Positions 1-9,636 of a stretch of 64,000 bases of DNA are shown here, piece after piece. The position numbers were made by a program, and so were the translations under genes. The notes below the pieces were generated by a model. The model was not told where the DNA came from and ran no database searches. It worked only from the letters and a program-made list of their open reading frames with translations. Position 1 is the stretch's first letter. Every line of letters begins with the position of its first letter. The stretch is from Arenicellales bacterium. GTDB taxonomy: Bacteria; Pseudomonadota; Gammaproteobacteria; Arenicellales; JAJDZL01. The DNA is taken from positions 807,776 to 871,775 of the forward strand of contig CBDBBP010000004.1 of the NCBI GenBank assembly GCA_965202855.1. Reading direction: 5' to 3'.

Positions 1-413
1 TCGCTGTCGGCGTATTGAACTAATTTTGACAGTGCTGCACGAACAAGCCTGTTGCGTGGTGTATTGACGGTCAGTTCTTCAAAGCGGCATGCAATCTCGC
101 CTTTCTTTAAAAGCTCATTCGAAAATGTTCTGAAAACATCTATCCGTCCCCGAACCCGTCGCAGAACGTCTTCTCGATGTCGATATCCGAAGCTAAGATT
201 TCGACGAAGGCGTTTTTCCGTAACATGACACAAAAGCCGTGCAATGAGTGCCTTGTAGTCCGGCGATGAATTCACCTCACCTTTGAAATGATCCCGAAAC
301 TGTGCGAGCTCAAACGCGTAGAGAAAAAGAAGCCAGACGTTTTGTACGGGAATTTTGTCTAGGAGCAATGAATCTGCATTGACTGAGTCATTATTCCTAG
401 TTGGCGAGTTCAC
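1..413 (-). CDS. mcrC: McrC-like restriction subunit, N-terminal part only (gene runs off the window start)
   Basis: Absent from the ORF track because it has no stop in the window. My translation of the minus strand from the GTG at 413-411 (overlapping the upstream stop as GTGA) gives VNSPTRNNDSVNADSLLLDKIPVQNVWLLFLYAFELAQF...LRRNLSFGYRHREDVLRRVRGRIDVFRTFSNELLKKGEIACRFEELTVNTPRNRLVRAALSKLVQYADS. This has the same layout as the E. coli McrC N-terminus (IPVRNIYYMLTYAW..., GRI.., NR..). It sits immediately downstream of a McrB homolog. Confidence 0.7.
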   Translation of the reverse strand, partial: MNSPTRNNDSVNADSLLLDKIPVQNVWLLFLYAFELAQFRDHFKGEVNSSPDYKALIARLLCHVTEKRLRRNLSFGYRHREDVLRRVRGRIDVFRTFSNELLKKGEIACRFEELTVNTPRNRLVRAALSKLVQYADS

Positions 414-1105
414 GAGAAATCTTCAAGCAGCTTCTCTACAGCAGCTTCCGCTTGGTCAGGATTGTCATACCAGTACTCTTCCAGCATTGGACTAATCTCA
501 GTTTCTACGACATGCTGGAACCATCTTTTGGGATCGCCAATTTCCTCGTTCTGTGTCGGAGTAACGTAACTGTGCCCAATTCTAAACTGCTTGCCGAGAG
601 AACGATCTTTCTTGATCTCGTCATTTAGCTCTGTCATCGCCTCTCGAATCTTTTCAACGGTATCGGAATCCAGACCGTATTCCTTACACCAATTTTGCCA
701 GCGTTCGTTGAGCATGGGTTTTAGCGTGATGAAAGCAAATCGCCTTCGCAATGCCAAATCTACAAGCGCTAAGGATCGATCAGCAATGTTCATTGTTCCA
801 ACAATGTATAGATTGCTGGGAATGTACACTCGTTCAATTGGTCGCTTTTTGTATGCAAGCTCAATCGCTTCTTCTTTGCTTCGCTTGTCCTTTTCTAACA
901 AAGTTAGCATCTCGCCAAAAATCTGTGCCGGATTGCCGCGGTTGATTTCTTCGATGACTACCACAAAGGGACGACCCAGTTCATTTTTTGCCTCCTTCAC
1001 CGCTTGTAGGAAAACTCCGTCTTCAAGTGCCAGCCCACCATCACCGTCGGGTCGCCAGCCACATACAAAATCCTCATAAGAAAGGGAAGGATGAAACTGA
1101 ATCAC
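410..1105 (-). CDS. mcrB: McrB-family AAA+ (GTPase) module, C-terminal two thirds only. It has Walker B and the McrB signature but no Walker A, so it is probably a pseudogene fragment.
   Basis: The translation (V)IQFHPSLSYEDFVCGWRP...FVVVIEEINRGNPAQIFGEMLTLLEKDKR...YIPSNLYIVGTMNIADRSLALVDLALRRRFAFITLKP parallels E. coli McrB (MVQFHQSYSYEDFIQGYRP...IIDEINRAN...IIGLMNTADRSLAVVDYALRRRFSF). The start is a GTG with no convincing SD. No GxxGxGK[ST] motif occurs anywhere in this ORF. Confidence 0.8.
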   Translation of the reverse strand: MIQFHPSLSYEDFVCGWRPDGDGGLALEDGVFLQAVKEAKNELGRPFVVVIEEINRGNPAQIFGEMLTLLEKDKRSKEEAIELAYKKRPIERVYIPSNLYIVGTMNIADRSLALVDLALRRRFAFITLKPMLNERWQNWCKEYGLDSDTVEKIREAMTELNDEIKKDRSLGKQFRIGHSYVTPTQNEEIGDPKRWFQHVVETEISPMLEEYWYDNPDQAEAAVEKLLEDFS

Positions 1106-2064
1106 TCGAATTCGCTTCGGGTCTTTTTCTTTGATTCCAGCCGTTTCAACGCCACTTCCACTTCATTTTTCGATAAGAAGCAACCATCTTCAATGATTGA
1201 GTCAATGCTATAGAAAGAACTTCCAGACTCCGAATCTGATGGACTGACTTGATCCTCACCATTGCTTACAAAATCAGCGAAAATCTGATTGCCACCATAA
1301 AACGCGAATTCGACCAGTTTTCGGACATTATCCTTTTTCAAATCAGCTTCATAAATTGTTCTGCTGAAATAGGAGTCAATCCATACTCTCCATTCATCCA
1401 ATGGAGTGTCCCACTTGACTTTTACTGTAACTTTATCTTGCGTTGCTTCTGTAATCGTACCGACTACCTTGATATATAAACAGGGGACGCGTTTTCCCGC
1501 CTCGAACTTGAAGGGTAAATTTATCTTTCTTGTATGCCAAGATTTAATCGCAATTCGGTCGCCGGACTGCATACGCTCGACAAGTTTTACGTTCTTCTCA
1601 ATGTCCAATCCCCATCCGTTCTCCCAAATTCCTTCCTCTAAGAAGCGGTTGATTTGATCATCTTCTCGAAATTTAGCACCGACGAACCAGTATCGTCTAA
1701 GAGCATGATGACCTTGGGCAGGACAATCAAACACGAACTTTCGCTGTTGTTCAACAAATGATTGACCGTCATCAAATTCAAATCCCAAATCCTTTGCTAC
1801 ATCTATAAACCCGCTCGACAAAGGTGGCTTCTCTACATTAACGAATTTTTTTGCAACTACGATGGAACCAATTAATGGCCAGTTGTGTTCAGCACAATAA
1901 CGATTCGCTTCCCTGAGGTGGTTGGGTACTATAGATCTAACCACATACAATGAGGCGTCAAGCCCGAGTTCTTCGGCAACGTCACTATAGCTGACGTACC
2001 GACCCTCGCGAGCTGCTTCTAGGAGTACGCCGAATGTCTTCTTCAAGTCTAAGTCGCCTGCCAT
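1102..2064 (-). CDS. N-terminal (putative DNA/modified-base reader) portion of the McrB-like protein, now a separate 320 aa ORF
   Basis: The ORF ends ...FLSKNEVEVALKRLESKKKTRSEFE* and overlaps the AAA+ ORF by 4 nt (GTGA). In McrB homologs the P-loop follows directly after such a linker. The central segment RRYWFVGAKFREDDQINRFLEEGIWENGW...MQSGDRIAIKSW resembles the small beta-barrel reader domains fused to many McrB proteins; that domain call is inference. No Walker A is present. Confidence 0.6.
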   Translation of the reverse strand: MAGDLDLKKTFGVLLEAAREGRYVSYSDVAEELGLDASLYVVRSIVPNHLREANRYCAEHNWPLIGSIVVAKKFVNVEKPPLSSGFIDVAKDLGFEFDDGQSFVEQQRKFVFDCPAQGHHALRRYWFVGAKFREDDQINRFLEEGIWENGWGLDIEKNVKLVERMQSGDRIAIKSWHTRKINLPFKFEAGKRVPCLYIKVVGTITEATQDKVTVKVKWDTPLDEWRVWIDSYFSRTIYEADLKKDNVRKLVEFAFYGGNQIFADFVSNGEDQVSPSDSESGSSFYSIDSIIEDGCFLSKNEVEVALKRLESKKKTRSEFE

Positions 2065-2495
2065 GAATTAACCTATTGATCTTGTTTTCACCATTCGCAA
2101 ACCGCATTGAGCCAGTGAATACACTTGTTGTTGATCTATGCGCTTGCTTTTTGTTCGTTCAACCCCGACGGAAGCTGCACAATTTGAAATTTGGAACTGT
2201 ATTGATGTTGATTTATCTATGAATTTCTTCGGGCGTTGATCAATGGATGCCAATTACCCAGTGTGAATCCGAGTTAGCTCCATGATGACTTTCTAGACTG
2301 CTTTTCGAACTTTTGAAGTTTCTTCGTATACTGCGACGAACTAATAGTGGGCTTTACGTCTTCGTAATTTACAAAATTGATCGAGAATAATTCACTCGAA
2401 CGAAGACGCTAATCTGCCGTTACAACATTGTCGTTCACTGTGGATGAATGAAAAATTTGAGCTGAGCTGTCTAAAGTCGTGGATGGAGACTGCGA

Positions 2496-4925
2496 TTAGT
2501 GTTTTACAACACCCACACCTTCTCCAGACGCGACATCCGGTTCAATCTCAAGGGGTAATTTCGGTGACTCGGTACGTGCTTTTGGTACAGATTCCAGTGA
2601 CAGGTTCAGGATTTCATCGATCCAGCGAACCGGAACGATATTTAAATCCTCCTTGATTTTGTCAGGTATTTCCGGCAGATCTTTTTTATTTTCTTCTGGA
2701 ATCAAAACTGTCTTTATTCTGCCGCGGTGCGCGGCAAGCAGTTTTTCCTTTAAACCGCCAATTGGCAAAACTTCACCACGCAATGTAATTTCACCTGTCA
2801 TCGCTACGTTGGCAAATACTGGGATTTTCGTTAGGGCAGATATGATGGCAACAGACATTGCAACACCTGCGCTGGGGCCGTCTTTTGGTGTCGCACCTTC
2901 GGGAACATGCACATGAATGTCTTTTTTCTCATGAAAATTAGAATTGATACCGTAAAGACCTGTACGTGATCGAACTACGCTCAATGCAGCTTGAATCGAT
3001 TCCTGCATGACATTTCCAAGCTTGCCTGTATAAAGGTGTTTGCCTTTACCCGGCACAACAACCGCTTCAACGCTGAGCAGGTCTCCACCGGTCTGGGTCC
3101 AGGCCAATCCCGTTACCTGACCGACCTGGTTTACTTTGTCCGCACGTCCATAACGAAATTGTCGAACACCAAGATAATCAGATAAATTGTCAGAATTTAT
3201 TTTGACTGGTGTCTTCTCGCTTCCATTTTGGACGAGTTTGCGAGTAACCTTTCGGCAGATTTTTGATATTTCTCTTTCTAATCCACGTACTCCTGCCTCA
3301 CGGGTATAGTACCTAACAATGTCTTTCAACACATCATCATCAATCTCAATATCACCTTTCTTCAATCCGTTGTTTTTCAACTGTTTTGGAATCAGGTAAA
3401 TTTGGGCAATTTTGATTTTTTCTTCCTCTGTATATCCAGAGATCCGGATGGTCTCCATTCGGTCCAACAGTGGAGGGGGGATATTCAAAGTGTTTGCAGT
3501 CGCGATGAACATGACCTCCGAAAGATCATACTCAACCTCCAAATAGTGATCACTGAACGAGAAATTTTGTTCTGGATCCAAGACCTCCAGCAACGCCGAA
3601 GATGGATCTCCGCGAAAATCCATGGACATCTTATCCACTTCATCCAGCATGAATAACGGATTTTTTCGCTTTACTTTTGCTAAGTTCTGAATGATCTTTC
3701 CAGGCAGCGACCCGATATAAGTTCTGCGATGACCTCGAATCTCGGCCTCATCTCGCACTCCTCCAAGCGACATGCGTACGAACATTCTTTTTGTGGCTCT
3801 GGCGACAGATTGGCCAAGTGAAGTCTTGCCGACTCCAGGAGGACCGACCAAACATAGGATTGGGGCTTTATTCTTTCTGACGCGCTGCTGCACTGCAAGA
3901 TATTCCAGAATGCGCTCCTTGACTTCCTCCAAACCGTAGTGATCATCGTCTAGAATTTTTTCCGCCGCCGTTAGATTTCGGTTCATTCGCGAACGCTTTT
4001 TCCACGGAACAGAAATTAGCCAATCAATGTAATTTCTTACGACAGTTGCTTCTGCTGACATCGGTGACATCATTCGCAGTTTCGCGAGTTCGGTATTCGC
4101 CTTTTCACGCGCTTCGCGGGTCATTCCAGCCTCGCTGATCTTATCTGCCAACTCATCAGTTTCACTGCGGGCTTCTTCGGGATGACCCAGCTCTTTGTTT
4201 ATCGCCTTCAATTGCTCGTTCAAATAGTACTCTCGCTGACTTTTCTCCATCTGCTTCTTGACGCGCCCGCGAATTTTTCGTTCTATTTCCTGCAATTCAA
4301 TGTCAGAAGCCATAATTGATATGACTCGCTCCAGACGCTCCCTTTCGTCTGTCACCTCCAATATCTTTTGACGGTCAGCGACGCTCTGGCTCACTAGGTG
4401 CGCTGCAATAATGTCGGTCAGGTGGCCAGGATTGTCGATTTCAGCGAGCTTCGTAATAATATCCGATGGAATTTTTTGGCTGATCTTGGCATACTGCTCA
4501 AACTGCTTGAGCAAGGAGTGCATGAGGCTGTCAGAAATTGTCTCGTTGAGCGGCTCGCTGTCCAACGGCACAGTTTGCGCCATCATGAAGCCATCGTGAA
4601 TGTGCAAAGTATCCAGTCTCGCTCTCCACAGACCTTTTGCCATAACCTTTCGGTTTTGATTTGGCAATTCCACGGTATGCATAATGTATGCTACGGTTCC
4701 GATTGTATAGATGTCCTCTAATTCCGGCGTTTCTACGCGCTGGTCCTGTTGGGCGACCAGAAACACCAACGGATTTTCTTTGTCAACTCTCTGCAGCGCA
4801 CTGATCGAATTCGGACGCCCTACAAAGAGCGGAATGACGAAATGAGGAAAGACGACTACGTCCCTCAAGGGCAGTAACGGTAAAAACAGAGGCTCAGGCT
4901 CGTTCTCGTATGTAAAATCAACCAT
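2496..4925 (-). CDS. lon: ATP-dependent Lon protease
   Basis: 809 aa. It shows the N-terminal LON substrate-binding layout ([23 protein letters not shown]), Walker [10 protein letters not shown], and the protease Ser motif [11 protein letters not shown] with a downstream Lys. It lies in the tig-clpP-clpX-lon gene order. Confidence 0.97.
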   Translation of the reverse strand: MVDFTYENEPEPLFLPLLPLRDVVVFPHFVIPLFVGRPNSISALQRVDKENPLVFLVAQQDQRVETPELEDIYTIGTVAYIMHTVELPNQNRKVMAKGLWRARLDTLHIHDGFMMAQTVPLDSEPLNETISDSLMHSLLKQFEQYAKISQKIPSDIITKLAEIDNPGHLTDIIAAHLVSQSVADRQKILEVTDERERLERVISIMASDIELQEIERKIRGRVKKQMEKSQREYYLNEQLKAINKELGHPEEARSETDELADKISEAGMTREAREKANTELAKLRMMSPMSAEATVVRNYIDWLISVPWKKRSRMNRNLTAAEKILDDDHYGLEEVKERILEYLAVQQRVRKNKAPILCLVGPPGVGKTSLGQSVARATKRMFVRMSLGGVRDEAEIRGHRRTYIGSLPGKIIQNLAKVKRKNPLFMLDEVDKMSMDFRGDPSSALLEVLDPEQNFSFSDHYLEVEYDLSEVMFIATANTLNIPPPLLDRMETIRISGYTEEEKIKIAQIYLIPKQLKNNGLKKGDIEIDDDVLKDIVRYYTREAGVRGLEREISKICRKVTRKLVQNGSEKTPVKINSDNLSDYLGVRQFRYGRADKVNQVGQVTGLAWTQTGGDLLSVEAVVVPGKGKHLYTGKLGNVMQESIQAALSVVRSRTGLYGINSNFHEKKDIHVHVPEGATPKDGPSAGVAMSVAIISALTKIPVFANVAMTGEITLRGEVLPIGGLKEKLLAAHRGRIKTVLIPEENKKDLPEIPDKIKEDLNIVPVRWIDEILNLSLESVPKARTESPKLPLEIEPDVASGEGVGVVKH

Positions 4926-5039
4926 TTTTTCTATTGCACATTCTTGTGTCCTTCTTCATTACCCATAAACTTTGACATATATAGCCGACTACAAATTTTT
5001 CAAGTTGTTAAGAACCAGGACTGTCTTACACCCTGGCAA

Positions 5040-6311
5040 TCAAGACGCGCGAAGAGCTTCATCTTCAGCATAGACATAATAAGGCGCATCTCCTTTTTCG
5101 ATGACATTCGCGTCAACAATAACTTTCTTTACGCCTGGTACAGACGGCAATTCAAACATCGTCTCAAGCAGAGCATTTTCAAGAATCGAACGAAGTCCGC
5201 GAGCGCCCGTCTTTCTCTGCGTTGCCTTGCGAGCGACGGCATTCAGCGCATCTTGTCGAATTTCCAAGTCCGCATCTTCCATTTCAAAAAGTTTCTTGTA
5301 CTGCTTCAAAAGCGCATTTTTAGGTTCTACCAAAATTTGTACCAGCGCATCCTCGTCGAGCTCTTCAAGGGTTGCGACAATCGGCAGCCGACCAACGAAT
5401 TCAGGGATTAATCCATATTTGATGAGATCTTCCGGTTCGACTTGCTTCAGCGTATCGGCCAGATTTTCACGGGTGTCATCCAAGATTTCAGCGCCAAAAC
5501 CCATGCCGCTTTGTTCTGTTCTTATACGGATCACTTTTTCAAGTCCTGAAAAAGCGCCGCCGCAGATAAACAATACGTTCGTAGTATCAACTTGCAGAAA
5601 TTCTTGCTGGGGATGTTTGCGCCCGCCTTGTGGTGGCACGGATGCCACGGTGCCCTCAATGAGTTTTAATAATGCCTGTTGAACTCCTTCACCTGAAACG
5701 TCGCGGGTAATTGACGGGTTGTCCGACTTTCTTGAAATTTTGTCGATCTCGTCAATGTAAACAATTCCAACTTGCGCGCGCTCGATCTCGTAATCACATT
5801 TTTGAAGGAGCTTTTGAATGATGTTCTCTACGTCTTCTCCGACATAGCCGGCTTCAGTCAGAGTAGTGGCGTCCGCCATTGTAAAGGGCACATTCAATTC
5901 TCGGGCAAGGGTTTCTGCCAGCAATGTTTTGCCAGACCCCGAAGGGCCGATAAGCAAAATGTTGCTTTTGCCGATATCAACATCGCCGTTGAGAGTGCCT
6001 TCTTTTTCGATTCGCTTGTAGTGATTGTAAACTGCTACCGAAAGAACTTTTTTGGCTTCCGTCTGGCTGATGACGTAGTCATCCAACATCGAACAAATTT
6101 CACGCGGTGTCGGAAAACTGGCACGGACGCTTGTCTGTGCCGAAGCGTCAGCGGAAGTCTCACTTCGAATTATGTCATTGCATAATTCGACACACTCATC
6201 GCAAACAAAGACCGAAGGACCTGCAATCAACTTTTTCACCTCATGTTGACTCTTGCCACAAAAGGAACAATTCAATCCACGATCTTGTCTTCCACCTTTT
6301 CTACTTGGCAT
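5040..6311 (-). CDS. clpX: ATP-dependent Clp protease ATP-binding subunit ClpX
   Basis: 423 aa. It has the N-terminal zinc finger CSFCGK...CDEC, Walker A GPSGSGKT, Walker [10 protein letters not shown] and the pore/IGF-type region. Confidence 0.97.
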   Translation of the reverse strand: MPSRKGGRQDRGLNCSFCGKSQHEVKKLIAGPSVFVCDECVELCNDIIRSETSADASAQTSVRASFPTPREICSMLDDYVISQTEAKKVLSVAVYNHYKRIEKEGTLNGDVDIGKSNILLIGPSGSGKTLLAETLARELNVPFTMADATTLTEAGYVGEDVENIIQKLLQKCDYEIERAQVGIVYIDEIDKISRKSDNPSITRDVSGEGVQQALLKLIEGTVASVPPQGGRKHPQQEFLQVDTTNVLFICGGAFSGLEKVIRIRTEQSGMGFGAEILDDTRENLADTLKQVEPEDLIKYGLIPEFVGRLPIVATLEELDEDALVQILVEPKNALLKQYKKLFEMEDADLEIRQDALNAVARKATQRKTGARGLRSILENALLETMFELPSVPGVKKVIVDANVIEKGDAPYYVYAEDEALRAS

Positions 6312-6370
6312 TCGCGCTGCCTCCCCTTTTTTCGATTAAAGTCACTAGTAGATTAAACCTTGCATCGCAG

Positions 6371-6988
6371 TCATTTTCTGTTTTCAATCACTGAGTCGAT
6401 AATTCCGTACTTGACAGCGTCTTCACTTTCCATGAAGTGATCTCTGTCTGTATCACGTTTGATTTTGCGAAGCGTCTGACCTGTATGTTTTACCATGATT
6501 TGGTTCAGTCGTTCTCGCAAACGTAAAATTTCTTTTGCTTGAATATCAATGTCGGACGCCTGACCTTGAACACCGCCCATTGGTTGATGAATCATAATCC
6601 GAGCGTGAGGCAACGCGTATCGTTTTCCCGGCTCCCCGCCTGCCAGCACGAGAGCTCCCATGCTCGCAGCTTGACCAATGCACACCGTACTGACGTTTGG
6701 TTTCACAAATTGCATCGTATCGTAAATAGCCAACCCTGAACTCACAGCTCCACCAGGGCTGTTGATGTAAAGATGAATGTCTTTTTCGCCACTCTCCGAT
6801 TCTAGATACAGCAACTGAGCCACTATGAGATTCGCCATATGATCTTCGATCGCCCCAACTAAGAAAATCACTCTTTCTTTCAGCATTCGCGAAAAAATAT
6901 CGTACGCTCGCTCGCTTCGACCTGTTGTTTCGACTACCATAGGAATTAAGGCGGCGTTTTCTATCATTTTCGACTTTCCTTGCTTCAA
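6371..6988 (-). CDS. clpP: ATP-dependent Clp protease proteolytic subunit ClpP
   Basis: 205 aa. It has the ClpP core ([25 protein letters not shown], catalytic [14 protein letters not shown]). The true start may be the internal Met (MIENAAL...). Confidence 0.95.
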   Translation of the reverse strand: MKQGKSKMIENAALIPMVVETTGRSERAYDIFSRMLKERVIFLVGAIEDHMANLIVAQLLYLESESGEKDIHLYINSPGGAVSSGLAIYDTMQFVKPNVSTVCIGQAASMGALVLAGGEPGKRYALPHARIMIHQPMGGVQGQASDIDIQAKEILRLRERLNQIMVKHTGQTLRKIKRDTDRDHFMESEDAVKYGIIDSVIENRK

Positions 6989-7006
6989 TAATCAATTCAG
7001 CGCTGT

Positions 7007-8620
7007 TCAATTGGGGACGTTTCCCACAGTTATGCCCAAGCGACTATAAATTACAGTTCTCATTTTAATATCGTCGATTCTCCTTTGAAAATCGTTGAGT
7101 CTCCTTTGAAAATCGTCGAGTTCCAGCTCACTTTCCACTTCAGCCGAACTGCTGCTCACTGATGTGTCTTGCACAATTTCGTGTTCCTTATGTTCAGAGT
7201 GTTCGCCTTCATGATGATGGTGATGATGGTGATGTTCGTGATGATGGTGATGTTCGTGACCGTGGATGTGATCGTGATGTCCTTGAACTTCAGGATGATA
7301 CTCTTGTTCCCATAATTTAAACTCGCGCACAGACATTTCAATTTCTTGGCATTCGCTCTTGGAAAGCACAAAATTTACCAAGCTCCCAACACTCGAATCG
7401 TAACCAACAGTCGCAGAGTCATCTGCACCTGAAAAATCCACCTCCATTCTCGGAATGTCCCAAATCGTGCCAATCAGTGGAATCTCCAATTGATCCTTCT
7501 GTTCAGGAGAAATTCTCTGAGTCAAGTTTTGTTCGATTATTGTCCACTTCACGTTAGCGGCTGTTTGGTTTCTCAAGTCCTTGATCCATTCGGAATTCTC
7601 CTCGTCAAGAAACATCATTTCAATTTGATTGCCATCATACTCATTGTGATGAAGAACATTGATCATGCCATAGACAACCAAATAATCCGATGGCTCAAAA
7701 TCGTTCAGATTCATCAACAAATTCCTGACTTGCCCTACCAAACTCCTGTAGATTCGTTCGAGAACTTTTCTCTTCGTTAGAGAGCAGACTTTTTCTCGAA
7801 AATCCTCATCATGAACACTTTCTACATTTAAGCTGTCATACAACTGCTGGTGATATTGGCCTCTCAGCGGTTTTTCAATGCTATCGATATTGATCTGAAA
7901 TTCAAACGTTTGTTTGGGCAGGTCTTCGCTCAACTGTTCTGGTTCACCCGACTTATGCAGCTCAGAAGTCGCTGTTTTCACGGTAACATTGCTTCCAACA
8001 GATTGTCCGATGCACGCATCAACGACCTCGTCCAGAATACGTTGACTTGATAAAACAATCGGAATTGTCTGCTCACCAGAATCATCCACAGGAAAACTCT
8101 TGTCGTTGATCAGCTCCGATAACTTGATTTTTGCTTGAATTCGATCACCCTTTTCGGCCGGACGCTCAACTAATTCCCATTTGCTGTAATGATACTTAAG
8201 TTCGTCCACTTCCTTGTCTATGACTTCGGGTGTGAGCCTCACCTTCGGTCTGACCGTTTTTTGACCAAGCAAATCCGTCACAATCGATTCTGGACTTACT
8301 TCAAGATACAACGAGCATTTCCGACCGTCTGGACTATAGTCTATGATGAATGGCTCAATAGCGGGGGCAATTTCATTTTCTTCCAGTATTGGGTAAAGAC
8401 GCTGCTGAACTAAACTCGTCATTGCTTCTGTACGTAGGTTGGCCCCGTATTTTCTTCGCAATACCGCTTTTGGAACTTTACCCTTGCGAAATCCCGGGAC
8501 AAACGTCGTTTTAGCGAGTGATCGCAATTTCTGATCAATCTCACTTTGCAGATCAGCACTAGGGATATCGAGCTTAATTCGACGTCCGAAAGGGGATACT
8601 TTTTGAATCGTTACTTCCAT
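7007..8620 (-). CDS. tig: Trigger factor, divergent and about 100 aa longer than usual, with a His-rich acidic C-terminal tail
   Basis: 537 aa. The ribosome-binding signature PGFRKGKVP is present near the N-terminus, and the gene sits upstream of clpP. The FKBP-like middle domain is degenerate (GDRIQAKIKL...). The tail is ...GHHDHIHGHEHHHHHEHHHHHHHHEGEHSEHKEHE... followed by the tandem DDFQRRL/NDFQRRI. Confidence 0.85.
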   Translation of the reverse strand: MEVTIQKVSPFGRRIKLDIPSADLQSEIDQKLRSLAKTTFVPGFRKGKVPKAVLRRKYGANLRTEAMTSLVQQRLYPILEENEIAPAIEPFIIDYSPDGRKCSLYLEVSPESIVTDLLGQKTVRPKVRLTPEVIDKEVDELKYHYSKWELVERPAEKGDRIQAKIKLSELINDKSFPVDDSGEQTIPIVLSSQRILDEVVDACIGQSVGSNVTVKTATSELHKSGEPEQLSEDLPKQTFEFQINIDSIEKPLRGQYHQQLYDSLNVESVHDEDFREKVCSLTKRKVLERIYRSLVGQVRNLLMNLNDFEPSDYLVVYGMINVLHHNEYDGNQIEMMFLDEENSEWIKDLRNQTAANVKWTIIEQNLTQRISPEQKDQLEIPLIGTIWDIPRMEVDFSGADDSATVGYDSSVGSLVNFVLSKSECQEIEMSVREFKLWEQEYHPEVQGHHDHIHGHEHHHHHEHHHHHHHHEGEHSEHKEHEIVQDTSVSSSSAEVESELELDDFQRRLNDFQRRIDDIKMRTVIYSRLGITVGNVPN

Positions 8621-8636
8621 GGTGATTAGCGTTTTG

Positions 8637-8721
8637 TGGTGCGAAAGGGGAGACTCGAACTCCCACGGGTTGCCCCACTGGCACCTAAAACCAGCGCGTC
8701 TGCCAATTCCGCCACTTTCGC
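8637..8721 (-). tRNA. tRNA-Leu (anticodon UAG), CCA encoded
   Basis: The reverse complement GCGAAAGTGGCGGAATTGGCAGACGCGCTGGTTTTAGGTGCCAGTGGGGCAACCCGTGGGAGTTCGAGTCTCCCCTTTCGCACCA folds by hand. Acceptor is GCGAAAG/CTTTCGC, anticodon stem CTGGT/GCCAG with loop TTTAGGT, there is a long variable arm, and the T stem is GGGAG/CTCCC. Confidence 0.9.
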
Positions 8722-8880
8722 TTGGCTTTTACTCGGGTTTACAAATAAAATTTTGAGTGCGACTGTGTTGCGAAATCGGAAATCAAGTTATTCTAGCACT
8801 TTGATTTCCGATTCCTTACTTCAAGTTGAAATTATACACAGCGAATTAATCACAAAATTCTAACAAGGAACAGATATTTG

Positions 8881-9597
8881 ATGAAGCTTACTGAATTTTC
8901 CACATTAACCTTTGACTGCTACGGCACGCTCATTGACTGGGAAACCGGCATTTACAACGCATTGCAGCCGCTGTTGCAGATGGTTGAGCCTTCACCCAAT
9001 CGAGATGAAAGCTTGAAAATTTTCTCCGAACTGGAATCAGGCATTCAAACAGAATTTCCAGATCTAGTTTACTCACAAGTTCTTCATAAAGTTCACGTCG
9101 CGATCTCCAGACATTTCGATATTGCGGCAGTTGACGAATTGCACACCTATTTTGGCGAATCAGTCTGCCACTGGCCTGCCTTCTCAGATTCAGCCGAATC
9201 CCTTCAATATTTGAAACGGCATTATCGACTTGTCATTCTTTCGAACGTTGATCAAAACAGCTTCAGCCAAAGCAATCAGCATCTCAAAGTGGAGTTTGAC
9301 GACATCTACACAGCTCAAGATATTGGTACATATAAGCCGTCCATCAATAATTTCAAGTACATGCTATCAAGACTTGAGGAATCAGGAATACCAAAGTCTG
9401 AGATATTACACACCGCGCAGAGCTTGTTTCACGACATGGCGCCAGCAACAGATCTCGGGCTGGCAACATGCTGGATCGACAGACGAGCGGGAAAAACGGG
9501 ATCTGGAGCCACCCCAGAGGTGAATCAGCCAGTAAATATTGACTTTCGCTTTGAGTCTCTTGCCGCGATGGTGTCAGCACACAGATCAAGCAGCTGA
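8881..9597 (+). CDS. HAD-superfamily hydrolase, haloacid dehalogenase type II-like
   Basis: N-terminal nucleophile motif FDCYGTLIDW, LSNV (motif II) and YKPS...(K)...D motifs. I prefer the ATG at 8881, which has AAGGAA 10 nt upstream. The ORF track starts 3 nt earlier at a TTG. Confidence 0.8.
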   Translation: MKLTEFSTLTFDCYGTLIDWETGIYNALQPLLQMVEPSPNRDESLKIFSELESGIQTEFPDLVYSQVLHKVHVAISRHFDIAAVDELHTYFGESVCHWPAFSDSAESLQYLKRHYRLVILSNVDQNSFSQSNQHLKVEFDDIYTAQDIGTYKPSINNFKYMLSRLEESGIPKSEILHTAQSLFHDMAPATDLGLATCWIDRRAGKTGSGATPEVNQPVNIDFRFESLAAMVSAHRSSS

Positions 9598-9636
9598 ACC
9601 GCGAATAGAGAAACCAAGGAAAAAGGGGGCAATTGC

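Noticed and set aside
2068-2495. The spacer between lon and the McrB-like gene, examined for a lost hupB or a small regulator (ORF 2068-2253).
   Set aside because: The translations are low-complexity with no HU-like or HTH pattern. It is probably just the promoter region of the restriction locus.
7180-7290. A short-period DNA repeat (gatggtgatgttcgtgat...) that might be mistaken for a CRISPR or tandem-repeat locus.
   Set aside because: It is the CAT/CAC-rich coding sequence of the His tract inside the tig ORF, read on the opposite strand. The alternative-frame ORF 7156-7371 is an artefact.
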